Origin: Dimorphilus gyrociliatus
Lineage: Eukaryota > Animalia > Annelida
Assembly (NCBI GenBank): GCA_904063045.1
Contig: CAJFCJ010000005.1
Coordinates: 2,406,002-2,470,001, forward strand
DNA: 64,000 nucleotides
Direction: 5' to 3'
How positions within the stretch are numbered: position 1 is the stretch's first letter; every line of letters begins with the position of its first letter. The notes beneath the pieces were generated by a model. The model did not search any database. It had not been told where the DNA came from and saw nothing but the letters and a program-made list of their open reading frames with translations. Shown here piece after piece: positions 35,601 to 47,324 of this stretch. Made by a program: the position numbers and the translations under genes.

Positions 35601-37375
35601 GAGAAAATCTGTTTTCTAATCTATTAAATACAAGTAATTTCATAAGAAAACTTGATTTCCGTAATATAAACTTTACGACTACTTTGGCAAGTCATCTCGG
35701 AAAATTTATTAATAATCAAAAGTTTTTAAAAACACTTATTCTTAAAGGAAACAATTTAAAAGGGGAAATTGGAGAGAATCTTTTCAAGAGTATGTCATCT
35801 TCATGCTGCTCTCTTGAAATTATAGATATAAGCGGTTGTAAATTAAGTGAGAAAACGTCATCCTATCTTGGTAAATTTCTTAGTTATCAAACTAATTTGA
35901 TAGGTTTAAATAGAGAAAAAATTGAATTTGAAGGAAGAAGCGAAGAATTTCTGTTTGGAGAGATGAAAAGTCTTTGTTCTTTGATAAAAAAACTAGATTT
36001 TAGAAATGGAAATTATAGAGAAAATGCCGCAATAATTATATTAAAATTCGTTTTTAATCAGAGTCACTTGGAATTTCTATATATAGAAAACACGATATTA
36101 GAAGCATCAGATGGTATTGGACGGTTTGAGACACTACCTTTGCATCTCACTGAAATACGTCTTAAAGGCAGTGTTATAAGCGAATATCTAGCATCATATA
36201 TTGGAAAATTAATAGGCAATCAAATGAAAATGAAGGAATTAAATCTTTCCAAAGCAAAATTGGAGGGAAGAGTAGGAGAAAATCTCTTCAAAAATATTTC
36301 CAATTGTTGTTGTTTCTTAAAGGAATTGGACTTATCCTATACGAAAATCAGCTCCCAAGCGGCATATTATCTTCGATTATTTATTGAGAAACAAACTGTT
36401 CTAGAATCGCTTGATCTGAGTCATATGAATTTAGGAATGGAGATAGGAAGTACTCTATTTAATAATCTTCATGAACATTTATCATTTCTTCGCAAGCTCT
36501 CTCTTCAGAAGAGCATTTTAGACGAGAATATGGTAAGATATCTAGGAGAGTTTATCGGTAATCAAATAAATTTATACATGATCAACTTTGGAGAAGTTGA
36601 TTTTTGTGGAAATTTGGGAGAAATTCTATTTAGTAACATATCGTCTTCTTGCTCTTCCGTAGAAATACTTGATCTATCCAATGCAAAGTTGGATAGTACA
36701 GCTGCAAAGTATCTAGGAATATTTATACGAAATCAGTATGGATTAAAAACTCTCTCCTTTGAAAATACAGATTTAAGTGCTTCAATTGGAGAGAATCTAT
36801 TTTGGAGTTTAGAGAGTTCATGCTCTTCTCTGTCTGCCTTTAATTTTCAAAATAGTAATATATGTCATGCAACTGCCCCTTGTATTGGAAAATTCTTAAG
36901 CCTTCAAAAGAAATTAAGGGTATTAAACTTTGATAATGCATTCTCAGCAGAAATTGTTGGAGAGCGTATTTTTAAAACTATTACGGAAGATTGTTGTTGG
37001 ATAGAATATTTAAATTTAAATCACATTTGCCTAAATGAACAGTCGGCATACAATCTTGGGAAAATTATAAGTAATCAACGTCATCTATTGATGATTAGTT
37101 TAAAGGAAATAAATTTAAATGGATCTATTGGAGGTAGTTTGTTCAAAGGGATGTTTGGCGCTTCAGTAGAAGCGATTAGTTTGTCAGATATAGCAATTGA
37201 TTTTTATGCAGTAGAAAAATTAGGAGAATTCTTAAAAAGCCAAAGAATTATGCAAAGTATTATTTTTGATTTTAAATTGGATTCGGAGTCTAAGAACCAT
37301 CTTCTAGACGTTATAAGTAACCTACAATACAATTTAGAATCGTTTGGTCTAGATCCCAATTTCAATAAAGAATAA
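29659..37375 (+). CDS. Giant NLR: death-fold-like N-terminus, NACHT, very long RI-type LRR (about 2546 aa, 2 exons)
   Basis: Walker A ITGSPGIGKT, Walker B LLVDAEDE, CFNPL, WHD FLNDTFKEYFAA. Intron 31673-31748 (AAAG|gtaag...aaag|AC) joins the two ORFs in frame. Alternating 28/29-aa LRRs. Confidence 0.9.
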
Positions 37376-37730
37376 AATGTTTTTTTTCCTTCAAGAACTT
37401 AACCATATCTCTTATATTATAGAATTTAATTGGCCTATTTTTTCAAAACCTTTATATACTGTATTATATATACTTTTAGAAAGCGAAAGTAGACATAGAT
37501 AGTTTGGAATGAAGAAGTAGAATAGAAAACTGTTTTATTTCAATTGATATCGCTTTTTATGTTATTCTTTACACATTTGAAAATATATAAAAATATTTAT
37601 TTTACCCGATTTTAATCGATTACTGTTTAGTATTTTGTTTAGTATTGAACAAATGGGTGGGGGTAGTGATTCATAAGAGTTTAGTTGAATTTGAATTTAG
37701 CAGCAGTGTATTTCATTTATTCTTAATAAA

Positions 37731-39074
37731 ATGGAATGTTGTATTTGTTTCAAACCAACTAAAACTAAGGATATACGACAATTACCTTGTCATAGTTCTC
37801 GTATAATTTGTATTCAATGTTTACGGAAATACGCAACTAATAAGACTAATTTTAATTGTCCTCGTTGTGGTGATAAAATTTTATGCCCTAAACTTGGTCT
37901 AGACGAATTTAAAGTAAAAAACATCTTTGGAATATTACAAGAAAACCTAAGAGAAGAGATCAGTATATCTGGTCAAGAGTTAAAATTTAGTGAGCGTAGT
38001 GCAAATGATACATTCGGACAAACAATCGGTAATCTTAAAAAGGAAATAGCAGAAGAACAGAATAACTTAAAACAGAATATTGAAGAGTATCTTAGCGAAA
38101 AAACTAACAACTTGGATGTATTGTTAAAGATATTGAATAATAATATTGAAAGTGAGGAGGCCGATGAAGAAACTCTATCCAGGCAAGAAGAAGACCTTAA
38201 TAATATACAAGATGTTTTAGAGAGTCTTAGTAACGAGTATTTAAAGTTTGATTCAAATATTAACGACTTTAATAATTTGTGCCTTGCTCTCTACGGATAT
38301 GAGAAACCGATTAATCAATACGAGAAATTCATCAAAGATATAAAATTAACATTTGCTCATTATCCTTATTTTTATATCTTTTGCTCGAATAGACGTTATC
38401 ATATATTAGATAAAGATAATATGACAACTCATCATTGTATCAATTTCATTGATATTGCTGAAGATGATAGAAACAATTTCTACTTTCTAGTTAGAGAGAA
38501 TGATTATAAAATCTTTAAAATGAAAAAGACTTCAAACAGTTTTAAAGATGTTAATGTAACTCATGGAGATGTTCAACGACGTCACAGTAAAACGTTACTA
38601 TTTTTGGATAAAAGGAATTTTATAGTATTCGATCCATCGGCAAAAGTCTTTAATATATTTGAAAATCTCCTGCAAAATTCAAAAGTATATAAGAAATTCA
38701 AGATAAAAGAATTCATTTATTTTATTCTTGAAGAAGAGATTATGTACTGTAGAATGGATGATATTACAACTCATTCAAACTGGAAAACGCAACAACAAAC
38801 TATATTTAAAAAGTGTTCAATTCAAATAACTAAGAAAGAAGAGATCTTTCAAAGGGAGAATATTTTAAAAGAAATAAAAACTGGTAAAATCTTTACAAAA
38901 AGTAGTAAATATATCTTCCTTTTAGACTGTGAAACGAAGAATGCAACTAGGATTCCATCGTCGAATTTAAAATATATTGAAGATGCCGATAACTATATGA
39001 CTTGTAAAGATGAAATACAATTTCTATTTTATAATGCTAGCGGTATAGCTAGATCAATAACGTACGACTTTTAG
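37731..39074 (+). CDS. RING + coiled coil + beta-propeller-like protein (member 9), RING His replaced by Arg
   Basis: CCIC...LPCHSSRIICIQC...CPRC...CPKLGLDEF; DIAEDDRNNFYFL; RENILKEIKTGKIF..SKYIFLL. Confidence 0.78.
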   Translation: MECCICFKPTKTKDIRQLPCHSSRIICIQCLRKYATNKTNFNCPRCGDKILCPKLGLDEFKVKNIFGILQENLREEISISGQELKFSERSANDTFGQTIGNLKKEIAEEQNNLKQNIEEYLSEKTNNLDVLLKILNNNIESEEADEETLSRQEEDLNNIQDVLESLSNEYLKFDSNINDFNNLCLALYGYEKPINQYEKFIKDIKLTFAHYPYFYIFCSNRRYHILDKDNMTTHHCINFIDIAEDDRNNFYFLVRENDYKIFKMKKTSNSFKDVNVTHGDVQRRHSKTLLFLDKRNFIVFDPSAKVFNIFENLLQNSKVYKKFKIKEFIYFILEEEIMYCRMDDITTHSNWKTQQQTIFKKCSIQITKKEEIFQRENILKEIKTGKIFTKSSKYIFLLDCETKNATRIPSSNLKYIEDADNYMTCKDEIQFLFYNASGIARSITYDF

Positions 39075-39089
39075 AAAATATCTGTTTAT

Positions 39090-40478
39090 TTAGGTCATTC
39101 TATATTCTTTTAATTTTTGTTCATTTCTCAATACATTTATTAAATAGAAACTAAATCCATCCTCTGATTGATGATATTCCGTAACTATATAAGTTTGAAA
39201 GAGACTTTTCTGTTTATAAGCTTTAGCAGTTTTCTCAATAGAGTTTATAGTAAATACGAAATCTCTTGTAGACATAAACAAACATCCGTTTACAATATCA
39301 TCAAAGATACTTTTCAATGATGCTGATGTATCATTTACAAACTCAATTGTTATTGGAATACCAGAATAAGTTGCATTTTTGTTAATTTCGTTTATACTAC
39401 TGTAACTTAGGTCAATAGTTTCGTCGTCATCACTACAATTAGTGTATCTATATACGTATAGAGTATTTTTCCAATGTCTTGTAATAAAGGACGAATCAAT
39501 AGGCAAAAAATAGTTCCGTCTCCAGCAAATTTCTCCTCGTTCATTGGTTAAATAGACATCGTTATCTATATTAAAAAATACAATACCATCCATATTGGTT
39601 AGTTCGTTTTTAGCAGGAAGATATAAACGTAGTATTTTATCGACTTTCCAATAAAATAGATAGTATGCTGTAACATCTATTGTTATTTTAATTGCAATTA
39701 ACTCATGAAATTCTCTTGAATTATCAACTCCATCAACTACAAAATTTTCTTGTCTCTCAAAAGACAGAGCTTTTCTAAATTTTCCACATAATTTCCTATT
39801 TTCGGTTTTCATCCCATTCATTAATGAATATCCAAGTTTATCAAAATATAATTTCCTAAACGAATAGGAATCGAACCAACAGACTCTTTCAAAGTTTATT
39901 GACGTTTTTGGAACGAGTGATATATGCAATTTAAACTCTCTCAGTCTTTCAAGGCCTATTATATGAAAATTATTTTTACAGATTTTTATACACTCCATCC
40001 TAAGATCTGACAGTTTCTTTAAATTTTGAGCTACTGCTAAATCTCCACTTTCGGATTCTATTAAGTTGATTCTCTTAAGAATATCCTCTAATTCGCCTTT
40101 TTTCTTTAAACATTTTACCTCCAATGAATTCAAGATTGTATTCTTCTTTTCTGAACATAATTTTTCAAACTCTTTTAGATCTTTTATAGCGCATTCAGCC
40201 CTTCTTCGATCTTCCTGTTTTAAGTCTTTAACCTTCTGTATAAGCAATTTCTTCTTTGCTTCGGACGCCTTCGGAGAAGAGTATTTTTCAAATCCTTTAA
40301 TTCCATTTCTAGGTATCTTTAATATTCTTTTACAAAGAGGGCAATCAAATTCCTTATTAATTAGACCTCTTTTCGGTAGCTTTTCCAGACACGAATCACA
40401 AAAAATATGCGATTCATGACAGGGCAAAAGCCTGCAATCCGACTTTGATAGTGTACCAAAACAAACAGGGCAAGACAT
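39090..40478 (-). CDS. RING-HC + coiled coil + beta-propeller-like protein (member 10)
   Basis: CPVC...LPCHESHIFCDSC...CPLC...IPRNGIKGF; SIFDDIVNGCLFMSTRDFVFTI...KSLFQ. Confidence 0.8.
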   Translation of the reverse strand: MSCPVCFGTLSKSDCRLLPCHESHIFCDSCLEKLPKRGLINKEFDCPLCKRILKIPRNGIKGFEKYSSPKASEAKKKLLIQKVKDLKQEDRRRAECAIKDLKEFEKLCSEKKNTILNSLEVKCLKKKGELEDILKRINLIESESGDLAVAQNLKKLSDLRMECIKICKNNFHIIGLERLREFKLHISLVPKTSINFERVCWFDSYSFRKLYFDKLGYSLMNGMKTENRKLCGKFRKALSFERQENFVVDGVDNSREFHELIAIKITIDVTAYYLFYWKVDKILRLYLPAKNELTNMDGIVFFNIDNDVYLTNERGEICWRRNYFLPIDSSFITRHWKNTLYVYRYTNCSDDDETIDLSYSSINEINKNATYSGIPITIEFVNDTSASLKSIFDDIVNGCLFMSTRDFVFTINSIEKTAKAYKQKSLFQTYIVTEYHQSEDGFSFYLINVLRNEQKLKEYRMT

Positions 40479-41215
40479 TGTACATTCGAAATGGTGTTAG
40501 TAATTAAAAGAAATAAAAAGAATATCCTATATTCTATCTAATAGCCAAGTCATGAACGTTTCGTGTAGAAAGACAGTATTATTAAATAACGTTCTATTCA
40601 TAACTAAAATGAGAAGGACCTATATGGAATAATTTACCTTTTCTATTGTATAAATTACTAAATATTGAAAACGGTATTTTTGAATGTAAGGTTCTGGGAG
40701 CTGAAAACGGAAATTACAATATATATATATATATATAAACATATATATATATATATATGTTTACTAATATTAACATATACACCTAAATCATATAGAAAGA
40801 CGATCAATGAACATAATATATCGATTTCATTCAAATACGGAGGGAATTGACTCATTCAAAAGAGGCCTGTAAATAACAATAGCTAACATATTCCTGAATT
40901 TTTATTTCTTGATATTTCCTGTCGGTATTAACATACCACAAGATATTATTTATAAGCTTAAAAGAAACGTTACAGAGCTTGCTTTAAAAGGTAAATTAAT
41001 TTAAAAAAGAGAATACAAACAGCAACGTCATCATCAAAATTTGTAACACAAAACTAAATATAAATCTTATATCATCCAACTCTATTTTTATACGTAAGAC
41101 TCTTTTTCTCTATTACTCATTTTAACCTTTTGGCCTACGTGCTTAGTTTATTTATAAAGACATCTTCACAAAGAAAAGAGTAATATTTCTATTTGGATTA
41201 GCATTATTGTCGATT

Positions 41216-42568
41216 ATGAGGTGTTTAATTTGTTTGATTGATGTAAAAAAAGAAGAGGATATCCGTTGTCTTCCTTGCAATGATTGCCATTTTTTTTGTT
41301 TAGTTTGCCTTAAAAAGACTGTTAAAAATGAAATATATTTAAAATTTGATGATCGGATTAAATGTCCTATTTGTCAAGAAGAAATTTTATGGCCTCTAGG
41401 TGGTCTGGATGATTTAAAACTAGAAAATGTATTCAAATCTTTGAAAGAGGATTTATATACAAAATTAATATCGAAACGAGAGGAACTTCAAATAGAAGAG
41501 GAGAAGATTCTTGAAGATTTGGAGAACAGAGTAGCAAAGTTAAAAGCGAATGTTCTACACAAGCTGCAAACGTTAATTGAAAGGAAACAGATGATTCTGA
41601 ATCAAAAACTCAAAGAGTACTCTACAATGATTAATAAGCTTGAACATCAATATTCACAAAATTCAACATTATCCAATCAGATTGAAGAGGAGAAAGTTAT
41701 AAATGATGTAATACTCTTTCTAGAAAAGTCAAGCAATCTAACAATGGACAAAAAAGATATTGTATCAAAACTGAATGACTGGAATTTCTATTTATTTAAC
41801 CATATTCAACCTGAATCTTCATTTGAACAGCAATTAGAAAAGTTTAATTTTACATTTTTTGTCAATTCCAATTGGCTTTTGTTTACAAAAAGTTATTTTT
41901 ACGAGTGTAGTACCAATTTTCAATTAAGAAGAATAACACTAAATGACGAATCTTTCGAAATTGTTGATGTAGAGATGTTTAATAATACTATCTATATTCT
42001 ATTGAAAAGATTTTTGGTCTATAGGATTATGAAAATGGAAAAAAATTCAAATATTCAAGTCTGTTCATTAAAACAAAAATTATTTTTAGAAAATCAACAA
42101 CCGTTTTTAGTGTTTCGCGAAAATTATAATTTATTCATTTATCAAATTGAAGAAGGTTCTTTAGTAGTTAAAAAGAATTTTATGCCTTATTTACAAACAA
42201 AAAGCAAAAAGTTTGTAAATGGAACATTGTATTTTTCAACCGAATACAAAGAAGTATATTATTGTAATGATAATGACATACTTAATGAAGAATTTATGCC
42301 GGTAAAGGAGGCTACAAGATTACCAATCCAAAAGAGAATATCGTTAAAGGAAGATATAATAGAAGAAATATTAAATGATAAAATATTATTATTAAATGAT
42401 TCGTACGTTTTTCTTGTTGATTCAATAAGAAAAGAAGTTAAATTGATAGCTCAAAAGCATCTTTTCAAAGAAGGAATAATTGTAAATATAACTGTTAAAA
42501 GGAATTTTGCATCATTTCTATTAAAAAATTCAAAATGTAAGCTTTTTATTAAAAATTACAAATTTTAA
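41216..42568 (+). CDS. RING-HC + coiled coil + beta-propeller-like protein (member 11)
   Basis: ATG 41216; CLIC...LPCNDCHFFCLVC...CPIC...WPLGGLDDL; SLKEDIIEEILNDKILL..SYVFLV...KHLFKEG. Confidence 0.8.
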   Translation: MRCLICLIDVKKEEDIRCLPCNDCHFFCLVCLKKTVKNEIYLKFDDRIKCPICQEEILWPLGGLDDLKLENVFKSLKEDLYTKLISKREELQIEEEKILEDLENRVAKLKANVLHKLQTLIERKQMILNQKLKEYSTMINKLEHQYSQNSTLSNQIEEEKVINDVILFLEKSSNLTMDKKDIVSKLNDWNFYLFNHIQPESSFEQQLEKFNFTFFVNSNWLLFTKSYFYECSTNFQLRRITLNDESFEIVDVEMFNNTIYILLKRFLVYRIMKMEKNSNIQVCSLKQKLFLENQQPFLVFRENYNLFIYQIEEGSLVVKKNFMPYLQTKSKKFVNGTLYFSTEYKEVYYCNDNDILNEEFMPVKEATRLPIQKRISLKEDIIEEILNDKILLLNDSYVFLVDSIRKEVKLIAQKHLFKEGIIVNITVKRNFASFLLKNSKCKLFIKNYKF

Positions 42569-42734
42569 GCATAATTTATTAATACAAATAAATAACAAAA
42601 ATAACAAAACTAATAGATTAAAGACCATCAAATATTGCGCAATTTTTAATTTTCAAAAAAACCATATATATAGATAGGTTAGACAAACAATCAATAGCAA
42701 ACATTTTTGTAATAAAAGTCTACTTGATGAGTTA

Positions 42735-43337
42735 TCATTGTGATAAGTCATTTTGAGAAATTTGTAGACGGATTTTAGGCATATCCAAATTAAATGGTAA
42801 TTGAATTGTTTCGTTCGATTTCATATTCAAAAAATTTAGTAACTTTCTTCTTATTTTAAATAAGTTCTTTAGTTTTCTTTCTCCTGTTTCATCGCCAAAT
42901 TTCAAGTCGAGATTGTCAATTTCATCTTTAATGCTAAAGATTTTTAAATTTCTCTTAAAATAAATATTTCTAATTTCTTCTTTTATCAATTCCTTCTTTT
43001 TATCCATATTGCTGATCAACTCTTCTATTTGAACTTTAAGTATTTTGTCCTCTTTAATACACTTATCTGTTAATTCATTTCTCATTTTAATTAAGGCATT
43101 ATTCAAGCTATGAACCAGCGTAGGTTCCCATTCGACTATTGGCAAAGCTTCGATTCCTCTTCTTCCCAAACAAATAATAGCTTTACACAAAGGACAGCTG
43201 AACTGATTTTTAATCGTTGACTTTGTAAATTTAGCAATTTCTCTGAGACATTTTGAACAAAATATATGTGTTGTATGGCAGGGTAGACGTCTACCAACTA
43301 AATTCTGTAAACTGGTTAAACAAACCGGGCATTCCAT
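42735..43337 (-). CDS. RING-HC + coiled coil only, propeller absent (member 12)
   Basis: ATG 43337: MECPVC...LPCHTTHIFCSKC...CPLC...LGRRGIEAL; stop after the coiled coil (200 aa). Confidence 0.65.
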   Translation of the reverse strand: MECPVCLTSLQNLVGRRLPCHTTHIFCSKCLREIAKFTKSTIKNQFSCPLCKAIICLGRRGIEALPIVEWEPTLVHSLNNALIKMRNELTDKCIKEDKILKVQIEELISNMDKKKELIKEEIRNIYFKRNLKIFSIKDEIDNLDLKFGDETGERKLKNLFKIRRKLLNFLNMKSNETIQLPFNLDMPKIRLQISQNDLSQ

Positions 43338-44304
43338 TCGTAATTGTAGAACGAAGAGATCTTCTAACGATATAAATGTTTTATTTCTCACGATAACCAC
43401 TCTATTCGGCTAGAATGAATAAAATAAATCATGAATAAACTATTCTAAGTATTGCAAAGTGACAGCAAAAAATCGATTGATACGGGATTAGTAAAACACC
43501 TAAATAATAGCGTATACTAGTTATAGTAGTAGTGAATATGATCTACACACGCAATTCGATACCTGCAAGTCCAACGAGTTGACCTATTACATAAGAAATA
43601 TAGAGTACAAAGAATTAAGGTCTAATAACTAAATGAGTCATCATTCTCGATGTATTTTAACAGAAATTCCCCTTATATTGTTAGTAAAGAATAGACTTTT
43701 TATATAGAAAACAACTTTTCAAAGTCATTCTTTCTTTTCTCTCTATCTCTCTCTCTCTCTCTGTCTCTAACTTGTCATCAAAACCATAGATATTTTTATT
43801 TCTAAAAATAGATTATTACACAATTAACCACGTTTTTTTATTATCAAACTAATAATAATAATAATAATAAAAAATTACTCTTCAACCTTTCAATTGCCTA
43901 ACTAAAAGCAATGTACGAAAAATTTTGTCGCTTAAATCTATTTTTGTACAGAGTGTAGGAGGGTATAGGCTAAAAAATAACTTCGATAAAATTGTTCGAG
44001 TAATAAAATAAGAAACAATAACTAAATAGATATATATTAATATTTGAATTATATACATGAATAAATGACATAGATAAATAGTATGTTGTATGATAATTAC
44101 TATTCTAAAGATTATAGTTCAACAATGTAGAATAGGGAGACACGGAAATGTTGAATAGACGAAGAGAGATTTTAATGTTTTGTAGTTGAAATATAATATT
44201 TACTAAGTATAATAATACGCTTATTGAAATATAAAATTTCAATTGTAATTACTTTATTATTATTAAAATGAATGAAGCATAAATGTTGAAAAACAGCCAA
44301 TATT

Positions 44305-47216
44305 TTGAAGAAAATGCTGCTAAATAGGTTTTGGATTGTTTTTCCAGCTGTTACTTTGTTATATTCTATGTTAATTAATGGAAAATGTTTACAATTTAAA
44401 CCTATTCAAGTTAAAAATATATCTTTTTCTTTAATCAAATCTTTAAAGGATAATCTTATTGGTATGATTACCCAAGGAATTGTTCTTGCTGAAATAAAAG
44501 AAAATTTATATACAATTTCCTTTAATTCTACAAAGGAACATCGTAGATCTATGTATATTTTTGGGGAATATTTTTGCAAAATGAATGGTTTTGATACATT
44601 CTATCAGAGTGTTTATAACTGTCCTTCGTATAAAAGTAACTCTATTTATATAGGAGTAGGGAAAGGGGGTATAGTTCGTTTGACAGGAGTGTGTTTTATA
44701 GAGGTTCGTTTTAAAGGAAAAATACGTTTTATACACAATTCACTTAATAGAAATGTGTTCTATTGAAGGTGGATTCAAAAGGAAAATTACTATTGGAGTT
44801 ATCAATAGAAATACAAATTTCAGTAAGAATGAAATCTTATTTGACAAAAGACAAGATTTACAGATAGTTTTAAATGCATAACTATTACCCAATGTCAGTT
44901 ATTTAACCCACTGCAATAGAAACTTTGACATAGAATTGGATATTTCAAAGCTTGAAGGAACTCATCTTTTGAATTATGCTAAAAGCTTCTTCACATGCTC
45001 TAGGAAAGAGTTGCTACAAGCTGTATAGAGGATAAATTGTAGATGCTTGTAAACTGAAAATAGGATGTACCGGAAAAGAGAAGATGTAAAGAAGAGGCAA
45101 GATATTGTAAAGGAATACAGAAGAAACTGAACTGCTTTTACATAACTTACTAATTTTGAATGAGAAAAATATGTTACTTCCACTCATGACGCAGGCTATT
45201 TGCTTCGGGAGACTGTCTCTCAGTAACATTTACAAAGATGATGAGCACTTTACTTGAAATAGCTTTAGGCTTCTGATCTGACAAATGAGCGTATTTCTAT
45301 AAAACTGACCTCTGTAAAAATAAGTTCACTTTTGTTAAATGTATTATACACCCTTGAATCAACACTTTTACATATCATATTTATTTTTATTACCTAGCTG
45401 AAAAAGAAGTTGAAATTCATTGCCATAACAATGAAACTGACGGAGGAAATTGTTTATTGTTGTTTTTATCTTAATATAGTATTCTAATATAATAATTATA
45501 TGTTTTTTTTATAGAACAGAAAAGTATTGTAGCCAAAATAAAGGAAAACTATCCAATGCTTTATGTGTTAGCTGTCTCTCTTGGGAAATGCAATGTATAT
45601 TATCTCAAAACTTCTTTATTAGATTAACAATAGTTTACCATACAATATTCAGACGCATTTACTATAGACAATGAGCAGTTACCAATTTTTAGACGTCACT
45701 ATGGAAAAGTGTATTTACATTGTTTTAATGGTCAACCTATTGAATGTAGTACAGTAATTAAAATTGATTTTACAAATTCAACGAAATATTTAAAAAATTG
45801 GACATCTGTGAAACAATTTACAAAAGGAAATTGTATTCCTGAATACTGTTCTGATAATCAATCTCTCAAAGGTATGATGAATCTAATGGTATTCTTTTGA
45901 ATAATCTTAATAAATAACTCATTATCTATAGACTTTAAAATAGTAAGGTTTAAAGATTTCTTCAACTATTCGCACGCATCTATAGAAGTGGATAAAGAGA
46001 TTATATTTCCGGTGGTAGATATTGATTATATTGGACCCAGATCTGTAAAATTTTCTAACGAAATTACTATGTCAATGATTAATAAAGTTATTTGTAAAAA
46101 ATTTCATTTAAAATCGGGAAATGACGTTAATATCTCTAGTCGAGGAGACAGTTTAATCCATTTAACAAATTATAAAGAAAGCCGTAGCGTTGTTTTCTTC
46201 TGTCCTGAAAAATTTTCTAGAATAGAACAATGTCAATATAGAATTTCTACAAAAGTCAATTATTTAATAATATCTTCTGTACGTTGTAAAAGATATCAAG
46301 TATCTGGTAGACATCTAATATCATTTTAATATAAGGTAACGTTTGTTTACTTGCAGATTTTTTATTCAAATTAGTATCATTAAATACTAATGAACAGTTG
46401 AAGGTAGTTTATGCAAACAGTACAGAGAAACCTGTTTATATTGAAGGAGAAATTCATGGTTTTTTCGAAGGAGTCTGGTATATCTTTTTCTTAAATAGTA
46501 ATCTAAAATTTCAAACAAACGTTAGTTTGTAATTTAATTATGGAATAATATTTAAAAGCTTTCCGTTAATTAGATTGTTTGTAATCATTTTGGATATAGA
46601 GAGAGTACATTGATAAAACTACGTTCAAGGAAGTATCCTCAAAAAGTTGAACTTTTTGAAATAGAATGTTCAAAGTTCTCTTCTTTCGAAAATTGTCAAT
46701 TAAATCAAAAAATTTTCCTTCATCCTTTCAAAAGAGTTGAATATTAATTTTCTCTTCCAAATTTAATCATTTATGTAGAATATTTCAAATTTTAGATATT
46801 CTTTATAAAATGTCTAAATTCTTTATCGAAAATATCGAAAAGTATGTGTAAACGTTATCTAAATTTCATTAAATAATTAACATTTAAAGAGAAAATTGCA
46901 TCAGATTGCTCATTGAAAGATATATCGAGTTTTAATAGAAAAATATCAACTACTGGTCAAAATATTCCATTCGATCTAATTGGAATTTGGTACTTACAAA
47001 ACGGGTAAAACTGTATTTAGTTTTTGTAACAATTCTTCAAATTTTCGAATCTTTAGAGAAGATTGGTCTATTCAATTGAAAAATGCTCGAAAACATTTTC
47101 TCAGTTGGGTGATTAATAGTTCTTGCGCATACCCCTCCAAGTATGATATTAAGGCAATCCCGTGCAATTTCCCTCTAATTACCTCAGTCATTTGCGAAGG
47201 GAATCTCCGTAATTAA
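44305..47216 (+). other. Exon-like segments (signal-peptide-like, Cys-containing SRCR/CTL-like) possibly forming the N-terminus of the downstream LGR
   Basis: ORFs 44305-44766, 45709-45900, 45988-46329 and 46980-47216 with plausible donors; some frames contain stops and the splicing was not resolved. Confidence 0.3.
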
Positions 47217-47324
47217 TTCACTATAATAAATCAATATATAGAAATACTTATATAATATATATCACAATCGTTAAATAGATATTTTTAATAATCAAACCGT
47301 TGATAACATTACGCAATATCTAAG

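Noticed and set aside
29659-37375. Two separate genes (NACHT ORF and LRR ORF)
   Set aside because: A 76-nt GT-AG intron (31673-31748) joins them in frame.
40658-40855. ORFs spanning TA microsatellites (YIYIY runs)
   Set aside because: Translation artefacts of (TA)n repeats.
98-43870. Microsatellites: (TC)n near 98 and 43740, (TA)n at several sites, (GACA)n near 20440, (AAAC)n near 27370, (AAT)n near 43852
   Set aside because: Ordinary simple repeats with no higher-order structure.
44770-45250. Stop-riddled coding-like stretch as a transposase relic
   Set aside because: No recognisable catalytic motif or terminal repeats; cannot be assigned.
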